Position numbers and translations under genes: made by a program. The notes under the pieces are model-generated. The model was not told the origin of the DNA. It made no database searches and saw nothing but the letters and a program-made list of their open reading frames with translations. 61,293 bases of DNA from positions 186,001-247,293 of the forward strand of contig BCKZ01000025.1 of NCBI GenBank assembly GCA_001600815.1. Direction: 5' to 3'. Each line of letters opens with the position of its first letter. Positions within the stretch are counted from its first letter, which is position 1. Shown here one piece after another: positions 24,401-35,642 of the stretch. Origin of the DNA: Alloascoidea hylecoeti (lineage: Eukaryota).

Positions 24401-26044
24401 ATGGGTGAAAAAATATACATTTCGGATCATACTAACTCAGAGAATAATATATCAAATGAATGGGAGAGATCTATTGACAATGAAAAGCAAAACGGGACAA
24501 TCAAACAGGGAGGAATTAAAAGGACTTTAAAAGCAAGACATGTTTCAATGATTGCTTTGGGTGGTACTATTGGTACAGGTTTATTCATTGGTACAGCCTC
24601 TCCACTTAAGAATGCCGGTCCAGTTTCTATGCTGATATCGTTTATATGGATGGGCAGTATTGTTTATAGTGTGACTCAATCTTTGGGAGAAATGGCCACC
24701 TTCATTCCCATCGCAGGTTCCACTGCCGCTTTTGCAACAAGATTTCTATCACCAGCTATTGGTGCCGCAAATGGTTGGTTATATTGGATAAATTGGGCCA
24801 TTACATTTGCAATTGAAATAGATGCTGTTGGACTTGTTATTCAATATTGGACAGATGCTGTTCCAGTTGCTGCTTGGATTGCAATCTTTTTCGTTATTTT
24901 AACATGTGCCAACATGTTTCCTGTCAAAGTATACGGTGAAGTTGAGTTCTGGATTGCTTCCATTAAAGTTGTTGCAATCATTGGTTGGCTTCTTTATGCT
25001 TTCATTATGGTATGTGGAGCTGGTAAAACTGGACCTATAGGATTTAGATATTGGAGAAACCCAGGGCCTTGGGGACCAGGTATTTTGGTTAAGAGTAATA
25101 TCAACACAGCTCGATTCCTCGGATGGCTTTCATCTCTTGTGAATGCTGCATTTACATTTCAAGGTACAGAATTAGCAGGAATTGCGGCAGGTGAATCAGT
25201 CAATCCACGAAAAGCTGTCCCAGCTGCCATAAATAAGATTGTATTTCGGATTGTCATCTTTTACATTTTAACATGCATTTTCATTGGATTATTAGTACCT
25301 TATAATGACCCTCAATTAAACTCAGATGAATCATATGTTTCAGCATCACCATTTATTATTGCAATTTTGAATTGTGGAACTCCTGTATTACCCCACATAA
25401 TCAATGCAGTTATTCTATCCACATTGATTTCAGCAGGGAATTCTAATGTTTATATTGGCTCGAGAGTTCTTTATGCTCTAGGAGAAACTGGCGTTGGTCC
25501 AAAATTTTTTACATGGACGACATCTTGGGGAGTCCCATATATTGGTGTCCTTCTCACGGCTTCTTTTGGATTACTGGCTTTCATGGCCACATCTGCTGGT
25601 GCTTTAACTGTATTCAACTGGTTTGTTAGTATCTCATCAATTTCGGGTATCATATGCTGGGCATGTATCTCGATATCTCACATACGATTCATGGATGCTT
25701 TGAAAGCCCGAGGAATCTCTAGAGATGATCTACCATTCAAAGCCAAAGGTGGAAGAATCTTGCCATGGTACTCTTTTTCATTTCTTGTTCTAATTACATT
25801 TGTTCAAGGATTTGAATCATTTTTTGGATTCAAAGCAGCTACCTTTTTCACTTCATATATTTCAGTTATAATTTTCGTCGCTTTGTGGGTCTTCTTTCAA
25901 GTATTTATGTTTAGAAGTGTTTTCCCAATATATAAGGCTGAAGAAATCGACATCGACTCTGGAAGACGAGAAATTGATGCTATGGTATGGGAGGAATCTC
26001 CACCAAAGAACCTTTGGGAAAAATTTTGGGATATCATTGCATAA
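24401..26044 (+). CDS. basic amino acid permease, copy 2
   Basis: same motifs; long tracts identical in DNA to copy 1. Confidence 0.92.
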   Translation: MGEKIYISDHTNSENNISNEWERSIDNEKQNGTIKQGGIKRTLKARHVSMIALGGTIGTGLFIGTASPLKNAGPVSMLISFIWMGSIVYSVTQSLGEMATFIPIAGSTAAFATRFLSPAIGAANGWLYWINWAITFAIEIDAVGLVIQYWTDAVPVAAWIAIFFVILTCANMFPVKVYGEVEFWIASIKVVAIIGWLLYAFIMVCGAGKTGPIGFRYWRNPGPWGPGILVKSNINTARFLGWLSSLVNAAFTFQGTELAGIAAGESVNPRKAVPAAINKIVFRIVIFYILTCIFIGLLVPYNDPQLNSDESYVSASPFIIAILNCGTPVLPHIINAVILSTLISAGNSNVYIGSRVLYALGETGVGPKFFTWTTSWGVPYIGVLLTASFGLLAFMATSAGALTVFNWFVSISSISGIICWACISISHIRFMDALKARGISRDDLPFKAKGGRILPWYSFSFLVLITFVQGFESFFGFKAATFFTSYISVIIFVALWVFFQVFMFRSVFPIYKAEEIDIDSGRREIDAMVWEESPPKNLWEKFWDIIA

Positions 26045-27548
26045 ATACAACTAAGGGAATTCCCGATTTATTTTTAATTTGTTATATCTGTATATCACTA
26101 TAGCTATATCGAGCTTTAGATGTTGATAAAATTAGCATTTGCATATAATATTAATGCAAGAATAGCTTTTTTGTTCAGCTTTTGAAATAATAATTATAAC
26201 GTTGAGAGTTTCTCCTCAATATGAAAAATTAATCTGGTTATATTGTCTTAACTAGGCCTGCAGTTTGTCCTTTGATGCGTACATGCTACAGTATTTAAAC
26301 GGCTGCCAGGTTTCCTCTAGATCTATTTACGTATGCTGCTGATGGAGTAATTCTAGGTATATCTGCTTTTTAAAAAATACAATATAATTATAACGTCTTG
26401 ATAATATGTTGTAGCATAGGCCTATACTACCCCATAGTATAATTTATACGAGTATGCGTACGTACCGACTTCATATTATAATAATTATATATCTTGAGTC
26501 TTGATCATTACACCGGAGATGTCCAGTTCCAGGCTTCAACTGCATCGTGTGACCACGAGGAAAAAGAAAATTTACAGCCTTTTTGTAAATACAATTTGAA
26601 TAACTGCCTTCATCAGTTGTATACCACGGATGAGGTACTATTTCAGAACATCCACAGTTAACACTTGGATTATTTTCAAAATAACGTCGACGTCGCTGTT
26701 AGTTAATAAAATTATAGTATATTATAAATATACAATGGATCGTGGATGTTCCATCTCGGTTATAAGCGCCTAATGGTGGACAATTAAGATGTGGCTGGTG
26801 CACTTTGCCGATCATTATATATTATCAGCCGTAGACAATTTAGCATTGTAAGTTATAACTATAACTAGTTGGATTGGTAACTTGGTATTTTTTAGCTTGG
26901 ATTTTGGTCATTGTCTATCCGGCGATCAGTAATCAATATCATCATGAATTCTCTTGAGAATAATAAAGGAGATAGTGACTAATAGTTTATCGGCTTACCA
27001 AAAGCGTGAGCCTAGGGTATAATAATAACTATAAGGTATCAAATCAAAAAAAATTCATGTGTACCATAGTAGTAATATTAATTTAACTGAACAGCATAAT
27101 ATCTAGATTGAGATCATTTCAATACCTGGTAGTCGTGTTTCAAAACATACTAGTTATAGTCTTTTTTATACTTTTGTGAGGGTAATCAAGACCTACCTTT
27201 AATAGAAAAATAATAGGACCTTAACCAATCTACACCAATAATAACTTTGGGGTTGTAGTATGGAAAGAAGCATAACGTTCATCGGTGTATAATATAAATG
27301 CAACCTTAGGTGTGGGCCCCTCGGGGATTGAAGATTCCTCTTAACCTGCATAGATTCTCTGTGCATATTATAGATTCAGTTAATTATGTATCTCTAGGTA
27401 TAATATTAGCTTTATCAATGCATGCCAAATAATAATATTTGTATCTTGAAAATATTTTATTTTTGCTCATATAAATAAACTCTTTTTCTCCAGATATCTC
27501 TTTTCTTTTAGATTTCAATATCTGACATTCCTCAGTTTTACTGTACAC

Positions 27549-29213
27549 ATGGAACTTAAGAATGCAAATGACATTGAGGCTTACCCTCGATTGAGTAACT
27601 CAAGCACCGGAGACAATGAAAAGGGTTCTCGTTCGACACACTCGGGTGAGGGGGACATTCAGGAAGGTTTTGTTAAGGAAGGTGAAGTAAAAAGATCGTT
27701 AAAACCTCGTCAAGTGTCTATGATAGCCCTGGGTGGTACTATTGGTACTGGCTTGTTTATAGGTACTTCTACTCCTCTTCAAAATGCTGGCCCTGTTTCC
27801 ATGCTTATTTCTTACATTTGGATGGGTACAATTGTTTTCAGTGTTACACAATCTTTAGGAGAAATGGCTACTTTCATTCCTGTTAGTGGATCTGTTGCAG
27901 CTTTTACTGCAAGATTTTGTTCGCCGGCTTTGGGTGCTGCCAATGGTTGGCTATATTGGTTTTCGTGGGGTATTACTTTTGCAATTGAATTAGATGCAGT
28001 GGGGTTGGTTATTCAATACTGGACAGATGCTGTTCCACATGCTGTTTGGATAGCAATATTTTTTGTCATTCTGACCTTGGCGAACTTTTTCCCTGTCAAA
28101 TTTTATGGTGAAGTTGAGTTTTGGGTCGCTTCAATAAAAGTGGTTGCTATTGTTGGTTGGATCATTTATGCATTTATTATGGTATGTGGTGCCGGGAAGA
28201 CTGGTCCAGTTGGGTTCAGATACTGGAGAAATCCTGGTCCATGGGGTCCAGGTTATCTTGTTAAATCAAATAAGAATACAGGTAGATTTCTTGGGTGGTT
28301 ATCCTCTTTGATAAATGCAGCCTTTACATACCAAGGTACTGAGCTTGTTGGTATCACAGCTGGTGAATCTGCCAATCCAAGAAAAACAGTTCCAGCCGCA
28401 ATCAAAAAGGTTTTTATTAGAATTATCTTATTTTATATCTTATCTGTTTTGTTTATGGGATTATTAATTCCTTATAACGACACACAACTTACAGATGGTA
28501 CTGCCTATACATCTGCCTCTCCATTTGTCATTGCAATTCTGAACAGTGGCACACCAGTCTTGCCACATATAATGACAGCTGTTATCCTATGTACTATCAT
28601 ATCTGCTGGTAATTCAAACGTGTATGTTGGATCCCGTATTCTTTATGCCTTAGCAAATACTGGAGTTGCACCTAAATGGTTTAAATATACGACAAGTTGG
28701 GGTGTTCCTATAGTTGGTGTTGTCTCAACTGCCCTTATAGGGCTTCTTGCTTTTATGGCAACTGCAAGTGGAGCAGAGAAAGTTTTCAATTGGTTAGTCA
28801 ATATTTCGACAATTGCAGGATTAGTTTGTTGGGCTCTTATTTCTTTATCTCATATCCGATTCATGGATGCTCTGAAAGCTCAAGGTATTTCCAGAGATGA
28901 CCTACCTTTCAAAGCAAAAGGCGGTTATGTTTCTGCTTGGTATGCTTTTGGATTCATTGTCTTGATTACATTTGTCCAAGGTTTTGATGCATTTTTTGGG
29001 TTCAATGCTACAGATTTCTTTACGGCATATATTTCCTTAATCATATTTTTTGTATTATGGATATTTTTCCAGTTAACTCTTTTCAGGAAACCATTTTTCT
29101 ACAAAGCTATTGATATTGATATTGACAGTGGAAGAAGGGAAATTGATGCTATTGTTTGGGATGAAAAGCCACCAAAGAACTTATGGGAAAAATTCTGGCT
29201 TGTTATGGCATAA
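27549..29213 (+). CDS. basic amino acid permease, copy 3 (more diverged; LYP1/CAN1-like)
   Basis: [38 protein letters not shown]. Confidence 0.92.
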   Translation: MELKNANDIEAYPRLSNSSTGDNEKGSRSTHSGEGDIQEGFVKEGEVKRSLKPRQVSMIALGGTIGTGLFIGTSTPLQNAGPVSMLISYIWMGTIVFSVTQSLGEMATFIPVSGSVAAFTARFCSPALGAANGWLYWFSWGITFAIELDAVGLVIQYWTDAVPHAVWIAIFFVILTLANFFPVKFYGEVEFWVASIKVVAIVGWIIYAFIMVCGAGKTGPVGFRYWRNPGPWGPGYLVKSNKNTGRFLGWLSSLINAAFTYQGTELVGITAGESANPRKTVPAAIKKVFIRIILFYILSVLFMGLLIPYNDTQLTDGTAYTSASPFVIAILNSGTPVLPHIMTAVILCTIISAGNSNVYVGSRILYALANTGVAPKWFKYTTSWGVPIVGVVSTALIGLLAFMATASGAEKVFNWLVNISTIAGLVCWALISLSHIRFMDALKAQGISRDDLPFKAKGGYVSAWYAFGFIVLITFVQGFDAFFGFNATDFFTAYISLIIFFVLWIFFQLTLFRKPFFYKAIDIDIDSGRREIDAIVWDEKPPKNLWEKFWLVMA

Positions 29214-29694
29214 TGAAACCACAACAATATTAATGCAATGGAAGCATAATTGATTTATGATGGGGTTTTTTTCTGTTTTTTTTTTTAAATATTGCATTTA
29301 TGTTTTATATGTAACTTATTGTAATGTAATTGCTATAACCATGATCTCAATTATATACAGATATATATAATTATAATATACATAAGAGGTTTATAATCAA
29401 TTGCATTATAGTCCCTACAGACTCCAGGGTGATTTAACGGTGACAGCGCTAGCATTAGAAAATTGTAAATAAAACCCTCTCTAGTCCATTGGAAATAAAT
29501 GAACTAGATTGAAATATTAATATTGATCTATAATACTCTAGAAACTAATAATATGCTTAAAACTAAGTTAACTAATTGGCAACATGTGGTAACATAATTA
29601 TAAATACATGCAAATGAAATATGAATATAATGGTGAATAATAGTGACAATAAAACAAAAAAAAAAAAGCATAACGCGAACATATGTGAGCCAGC

Positions 29695-29695
<1 letters not shown>

Positions 29696-29726
<31 letters not shown>
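29696..29726 (+). repeat. poly-A tract (31 A), read as poly-U downstream of the formin stop
   Basis: direct count. Confidence 0.85.
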
Positions 29727-29729
<3 letters not shown>

Positions 29730-29802
29730 AGAGAAAAAAAAATAGCAAACAATAGCAAACAAGTTTGAAGAAAACACTCATTTTTTTTTTTTTAATATTT
29801 AA

Positions 29803-32800
29803 TTAATCTTCATCGCTGTCAGATACATTAATAATAGGAATTTCCGGACTCCTATTAGATTCTTCATTAGCCAGTGAAGATTTCTCAGTAATATCCATGG
29901 GTGGAGCTAAACTTACCCGTAATTCAGATAATCTTGGTGATGATCTTGCTAAGGTTGGTGATTTAGTTGGTGATGTTTTTGATCGTTCAACTAAAGTTGG
30001 GGTTTCAAGATCCGGTTGTTGAGTAATTAAATTCCCATGACTACCATGTCTATTTTGTCGTCGTCTCATTCGTTGATCGTTAAGTAATTGCCTCGTAGTA
30101 TAACTACTACGACGGTGTCCATCTGCTGGTTGACTACCACCACCACCTCTAAGTTCTTTTAATAAGCTTCTAGCTCTTACTCCAACATCATCTTCTGGCG
30201 TATTTGGAGTTATAACACTATTGGTGCGACTACCCGGTGCACTTTCAGCTTTATTAACATCGATTATTAAAGAATCAGTTGATTTATGATGTGAATCTAA
30301 TATTAAATCAGGTGAACCATTTGATTCTGTATCTGAGCCAGCTTCACTTTCTGGACTACCAAGTAAATTTCTTTTATTTTCTAACATATGTTTCCTTGCT
30401 AAAGCACGTTTTCTAGCAGAAGATGCCTCCCCTCTAGTTGGACCAGAAGCTTTTAATTTTTCAATTAATGTATCCATAATATCAGTACCTGACAAACTAG
30501 CAGGTTCTTTTGCTCTTGTTAATTCAGCAGTTGTAACAGCACCAGTTAAAGATTTTTTCTTTTTTGGTTTTTCAATCATTTTTTTCCTTAATTCATATGC
30601 TCTTTCTTCTTCTTCTCTTTCAATATTTTCTTTATTTGCATGTTTAAATTCATGTATAAAATTTGTAAATTTCATAAAAAATGCATTACGTGAAGTTGGA
30701 TCACTTGAATCTTCACCAAAAAATCTCATTAATTTACTAAAATCATTCATTGTTGCTTTAACTTGATCATTTAATAATTCTGATTTTCTCCTAGCAGAAG
30801 GTAATACTGGTAAAACAGTTGCTAAAATTCTATCCTTTGGATGAAATTTAGTTGCATCACTTAAATTGCCAACATCAATTGATTGTTGAACATTTTTAAC
30901 AGATCTAATAAAATCTCTACAATCATTTTCAACTTGTTCAATAGCGATTTTTGAAGAATCTATAACATCTTTCAAATCATCAACTATGTGAGCAAGATCA
31001 GGAAATGCTTGTCTAACAACTTTTTCAACATAATGTAAAAAAGTCATACTATTTTTATAATCTTTTGTGAAAACCAATCTTTGTAAAGTACCCAATTTAA
31101 AACCAGAAGCTTGTTTTGAAGAATCATTCATATAATTACCAACAATTAATATAATATCAAATATACCTTCTAATCTTGTTGAATTTCTTAATGCTTCACA
31201 AGCTTTATCAATCATTTTTAATTTATTTACTAAATCTTCATAATCTTTTTCATAACTTGTAATTACCAATAATGCTCTCATTCTAGCTCTCCAATAATGT
31301 TGTAAATTATAACTTAATTCCAAATATATTCTATCAGCACGATCTAATTCAGCAGGATCTTTATCAGGTTTTGCATCTTCATCACGAGTTTCATTTCTCC
31401 AATCAATACTATAAGGTTCTAAATTTCTTGCAATACCATTAGTAATTTCACATAAATCATCTTTTGCTAAAAATTCTAAAACATTTGGTTGTGATATAAC
31501 ATCTTTATTACATTTTAAAATTTTATCAATTAATTCTGTATCAGTTAATGATGAATACATATGTAAATTAATACCAAATTGTTGAGCTAAATCATGAGAT
31601 AAAAATGATAATTTTTTTTTGGATTTTGTTTTTTTTTTAACAAAATTTTTAATTTCTCTAGCTGCAAAAACATGTTCAACTTCTTCAAATATACCATTAT
31701 TTTCTAAATCTTCAACTAATGTTTTTTTATTTAAATTTTGCCAAAATGTATTTTCAACTGTATCTAATTTTTCCCAGTGCATTTGTTTTAATTTTCTTTT
31801 TGGTCTTGGGAATCCATCATCAACTGGTTGTGGAGTAAGTGAAAATATTAATTCTGGTAATAAAGGTGAACTTGAAGGCATAGGAGGAGGTGGTGGTGGC
31901 ATTGGAGATTGAGATCTTGAAAGAGGAGGAGGTGGTGGTGGAGGTGGAGGAGCACCACCTAGTGAAGGGGGTAATGGAGGAGGTGGAGGGGGAGGTGGTG
32001 CTCCACCAAGTGAAGGAGGCAATGGTGGCGGTGGAGGAGGAGGAGCGCCTCCCATAAATGTCGGTAATGGAGGAGGAGGAGGAGGAGGTAGACCTGGAGG
32101 AGGTGGTATTCCTGTACCTGTACCTATGCCTGTGCCTGTGCCTGTAGTTGTTGTAGTTGTAATTGTATTTGTAGATGAATTATTTAAAGTAACTTCTTCA
32201 GAATCTGATTCAGATATAGTAATAACATCATTCTCAGTTGAGCTTGCAGCATCAACAGTATTTTTCAATATAGAACCACTTCTATTTCTTCTTTTTGCAA
32301 AACTACCAGCTCTAATTCTCGAATTATTGCCTAAATGAAGGGGAATTGGTTTTTTAAGTGATCCATTTAAATTTAAATTTGATTGATCATTATCAATTTC
32401 ATCAATTGCTAAAGCAGGTATAATTGCATTTGATAATTCAGTTAAAAATGCAGGACTTGTAACAGTTCTTTTATGTCTTGATAAAGAATCAGAATATGAA
32501 AATGATCTATTTGTTGGTCTTAAAACTCCATTAAGATTATTATTATTTAAATTTGGTTTTCTTCGATTTGTATTTATAAAGCGATCTTGTAAATCCGCTA
32601 ATTTTTGTTGTGCAATTGGTGATGAAGTATCAAATGATATTCCTAAACCTCCAGAATTATTATTTGAATCATAATTTAAACCAAAACCAGGTAAATTAGA
32701 AATATCAATTTCTAAATTTTTTGAATTTTTAAAATTTTCATGTAATTTTGAACGTAATGTTTCTAAAGCGATTAATTCATTATCTAATTCCATTTTAACA

Positions 32801-35604
32801 CCTTTATATTCAGAATTTGTTTTATTATCTTTACTAGAATTACTAATTGATTTGACATTTGAAGATTCAGATCCAGAATCAATTGAAGTTGTTGATTCAG
32901 ATCCAGATTCTAATTCTAATTGTAAGGTTGAATTTTGTAATGGAGATGAAGCAGGAAATTCAAAACTTAATAAATCTTTATATTCATTATGTAATTCTTT
33001 TAGTCTTCCCACAGTTTTTAATCTTTGTTTTGTTAAATATTTTTGTTTTGCTTTATCATTTTCATATTTAATCAAATCATTTGAATCAGATTGTAATAAA
33101 CGTAATTTATTTCTTAAAGTTTCTAATCTATCAAAATCATCTCTTGTTATTCTATTTTTAGTTGGTGTAATTTTTGATTTTCTATTACTATTAGTGTTGT
33201 TATTATTATTTTCATAATTTGACGATCTTTTTATAGTTGATTGTCTTTTTAATGGACTACCAGTTAATACTCTTGCACCTATTGTTGATGATGTTGGAGA
33301 TTTTAAATTTGAATAATCAGCAAATTCTAATTCTCTTGCTTGAAGTTCAATATTTTCCATTTGATCTCTTAATTCTCTTAATCTTGCACTTGGTTCAACA
33401 TATGAAGAATCACCTGATTCAGATTGATTCCAACTGTGACCTTCTAAAGAATATTCAGCTTTTTTTCTTGCTAATTGTGAACGTAATTTATGAATTAATG
33501 CTTCTCTATTAATAATTCCACCAGATGTTATTGTTGCGGATGAACTATTTGGTGCAGTTGATGATGATGAAGAAATTGATGATTCATTTAACATTAAAAA
33601 TAATTCTCTAATTTCTAATTCATGATTTTGTTTTTCAATTATATTATTTTTATTTAATGATTGATTTTCATCTTGTAATGATTCATTTAATCTTCTTGTT
33701 TTATTTAAAATTTCATTTTGTTCATTTAATTCTTTTGTTAATTTTGCAATCATACCATTTGCACCTAATGCTAATTGTCTTGCCATTTCATCTCTTGATG
33801 CTTCAGCTTCTTGTTTTTTTTTACTTGCTTCTTTTGCTTCTAATATTGCTCTTCTTGCCATATCATCAGTTTGTAAACGATCCAATAATCTTTGTACAGA
33901 TACATCAACAGTACTTTGTAAATCAGAATCAGGGACAACTTTTTCCATAACTATTGAAGAAATCATACCATTAACCAATTGAAACATTCTTGTTCTTGTT
34001 TCTTTTGAGGAATCTTGTCGTATTAATAATAAATGCTGTATAGTTGATAAGAAAAAATCAGCTTCATTTGAATTATTTGTTGAAGTACTAATTTTATCCC
34101 AAATATTTTTAACAATATCAATTGGATTATTTGGATCTCTAATTTCACCCATTTGTTCTAAATGTATAAAATCTTCATAATCTTCAGCAGCAAATTCATC
34201 AAATTTTTTAATTTGTTCCATTAATTGATCGAATTTTAAAGTTTGGAATTTATTAACAATTCGTACTAAACCACAAGATTTTAATTGAGATCTTAAATGT
34301 AATCTTACTCTTATATCTGAAGTACATTCAATAATTGCATTAATTAATAACATTGTACAAAGACAATAATCTAATAATTGAGATTCGTTACCAACACCGG
34401 CAACTTTTAATTCATCAGATGCACCAACTAAAGAACCCATTTTACCACGACCATCTAAAGTTTGTTCAACAATATGTAACCATGGTTCAAAACAATCTAT
34501 TGAAGTTGTAAAATTTTTTAATAAATCAAGAGATCTCATCACTTGTTTATAACCTCTTGGATGTCTCCAATGGGTTAAAAAAGTATAAACTTCAGTAATC
34601 ATTCTTCTTGTTGGTAATTTCGGAGATATTAAAGAAGCAGACATTGAAACAATAACATTATCAGTTTCTAAAGCATTTTCAGCACCTTCAGTTAAATTTA
34701 AAATAGCTTTTATACACCTGACGATATAATTTTCCCGTTCTAATAAAAATTCATCTTTATTTGCTCTTCTGTTTATAGTTAATAATATTTTAGATAAAGC
34801 TAATAAACCTTGAGAATCAATAAATTCTTTAACCCAGTCAACAGGTTCAGTTCTTAGAGAAACCCATAAATTACCTAATTGAGCGATTGATATTGAATTA
34901 TCAGCGATTTTCCTAACATACCATGTTGGAGTTAATTGTTCACTTGTTTTCATCATTTTATTACGTTCAGATTTTTTATGTTCAGCCAACATATCTTGAT
35001 GTATAAGCATCCACTTTTTAGATAAAGGATAGTTCTTCATTTCTCTTTTTGCAGAAGAAGGCAAAGATTTGAAATCTCTTCTTGCCATTAGTTGATTAAA
35101 CATATCTTCAATTTTTTGTTCATCTCTAGGCATGTCAGCATGGAATTGTTGTTGTTGTTGGGATAATTGTTGTGATTGTGATGATTGAGGATTCGGACTG
35201 GCACTTCGGCCACCCAAATGAGGAGATAAGGAGCCGTGAGGCAGCGGAGGCAGTCCCCGTGAGCGGGAGGTTATGGAGGAGGCGTACCCAGATCTGGAAG
35301 ATATCAACGTACGACCCGAGCCTTTTGAGCTTTTGGAGCTCTTTGAAGCTTTTGAACTGGTGGAGTAGATGGAACGGGTGTCGGACCGGGAGTCCTCGAA
35401 CGAGAGCAGGGACGGGTCGGAGCGGTCCCTGTCCCTGTCCCTGTCCCGGTCGCGTGACAAGGACGACACCGAGGGTCTGGGCGACACGTGATCTCGTGCC
35501 CTCATTGTCGCGAGTTTGCAGTTTGGAAGGGAAGGAGTTCTGAGCATAACAAGTTGGGTGGGTGTCTCCTGGGTGTGCGGGTTTTTGCTAACCATTAATA
35601 GCAT
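29803..35604 (-). CDS. BNI1: formin (GBD/FH3, FH1, FH2, DAD); start codon uncertain (35604, 35547 or 35505)
   Basis: LWVSLRTEPVDWV, GRGKMGSLVGAS, poly-Pro FH1, KLKQMHWEKL, GNYMND, MDTLIEKLK (DAD). Confidence 0.93.
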   Translation of the reverse strand: MLLMVSKNPHTQETPTQLVMLRTPSLPNCKLATMRARDHVSPRPSVSSLSRDRDRDRDRDRSDPSLLSFEDSRSDTRSIYSTSSKASKSSKSSKGSGRTLISSRSGYASSITSRSRGLPPLPHGSLSPHLGGRSASPNPQSSQSQQLSQQQQQFHADMPRDEQKIEDMFNQLMARRDFKSLPSSAKREMKNYPLSKKWMLIHQDMLAEHKKSERNKMMKTSEQLTPTWYVRKIADNSISIAQLGNLWVSLRTEPVDWVKEFIDSQGLLALSKILLTINRRANKDEFLLERENYIVRCIKAILNLTEGAENALETDNVIVSMSASLISPKLPTRRMITEVYTFLTHWRHPRGYKQVMRSLDLLKNFTTSIDCFEPWLHIVEQTLDGRGKMGSLVGASDELKVAGVGNESQLLDYCLCTMLLINAIIECTSDIRVRLHLRSQLKSCGLVRIVNKFQTLKFDQLMEQIKKFDEFAAEDYEDFIHLEQMGEIRDPNNPIDIVKNIWDKISTSTNNSNEADFFLSTIQHLLLIRQDSSKETRTRMFQLVNGMISSIVMEKVVPDSDLQSTVDVSVQRLLDRLQTDDMARRAILEAKEASKKKQEAEASRDEMARQLALGANGMIAKLTKELNEQNEILNKTRRLNESLQDENQSLNKNNIIEKQNHELEIRELFLMLNESSISSSSSTAPNSSSATITSGGIINREALIHKLRSQLARKKAEYSLEGHSWNQSESGDSSYVEPSARLRELRDQMENIELQARELEFADYSNLKSPTSSTIGARVLTGSPLKRQSTIKRSSNYENNNNNTNSNRKSKITPTKNRITRDDFDRLETLRNKLRLLQSDSNDLIKYENDKAKQKYLTKQRLKTVGRLKELHNEYKDLLSFEFPASSPLQNSTLQLELESGSESTTSIDSGSESSNVKSISNSSKDNKTNSEYKGVKMELDNELIALETLRSKLHENFKNSKNLEIDISNLPGFGLNYDSNNNSGGLGISFDTSSPIAQQKLADLQDRFINTNRRKPNLNNNNLNGVLRPTNRSFSYSDSLSRHKRTVTSPAFLTELSNAIIPALAIDEIDNDQSNLNLNGSLKKPIPLHLGNNSRIRAGSFAKRRNRSGSILKNTVDAASSTENDVITISESDSEEVTLNNSSTNTITTTTTTGTGTGIGTGTGIPPPPGLPPPPPPPLPTFMGGAPPPPPPPLPPSLGGAPPPPPPPPLPPSLGGAPPPPPPPPPLSRSQSPMPPPPPPMPSSSPLLPELIFSLTPQPVDDGFPRPKRKLKQMHWEKLDTVENTFWQNLNKKTLVEDLENNGIFEEVEHVFAAREIKNFVKKKTKSKKKLSFLSHDLAQQFGINLHMYSSLTDTELIDKILKCNKDVISQPNVLEFLAKDDLCEITNGIARNLEPYSIDWRNETRDEDAKPDKDPAELDRADRIYLELSYNLQHYWRARMRALLVITSYEKDYEDLVNKLKMIDKACEALRNSTRLEGIFDIILIVGNYMNDSSKQASGFKLGTLQRLVFTKDYKNSMTFLHYVEKVVRQAFPDLAHIVDDLKDVIDSSKIAIEQVENDCRDFIRSVKNVQQSIDVGNLSDATKFHPKDRILATVLPVLPSARRKSELLNDQVKATMNDFSKLMRFFGEDSSDPTSRNAFFMKFTNFIHEFKHANKENIEREEEERAYELRKKMIEKPKKKKSLTGAVTTAELTRAKEPASLSGTDIMDTLIEKLKASGPTRGEASSARKRALARKHMLENKRNLLGSPESEAGSDTESNGSPDLILDSHHKSTDSLIIDVNKAESAPGSRTNSVITPNTPEDDVGVRARSLLKELRGGGGSQPADGHRRSSYTTRQLLNDQRMRRRQNRHGSHGNLITQQPDLETPTLVERSKTSPTKSPTLARSSPRLSELRVSLAPPMDITEKSSLANEESNRSPEIPIINVSDSDED

Positions 35605-35642
35605 TGTGCGATCGCCAAGAATACTACAACCACATCTAACTT

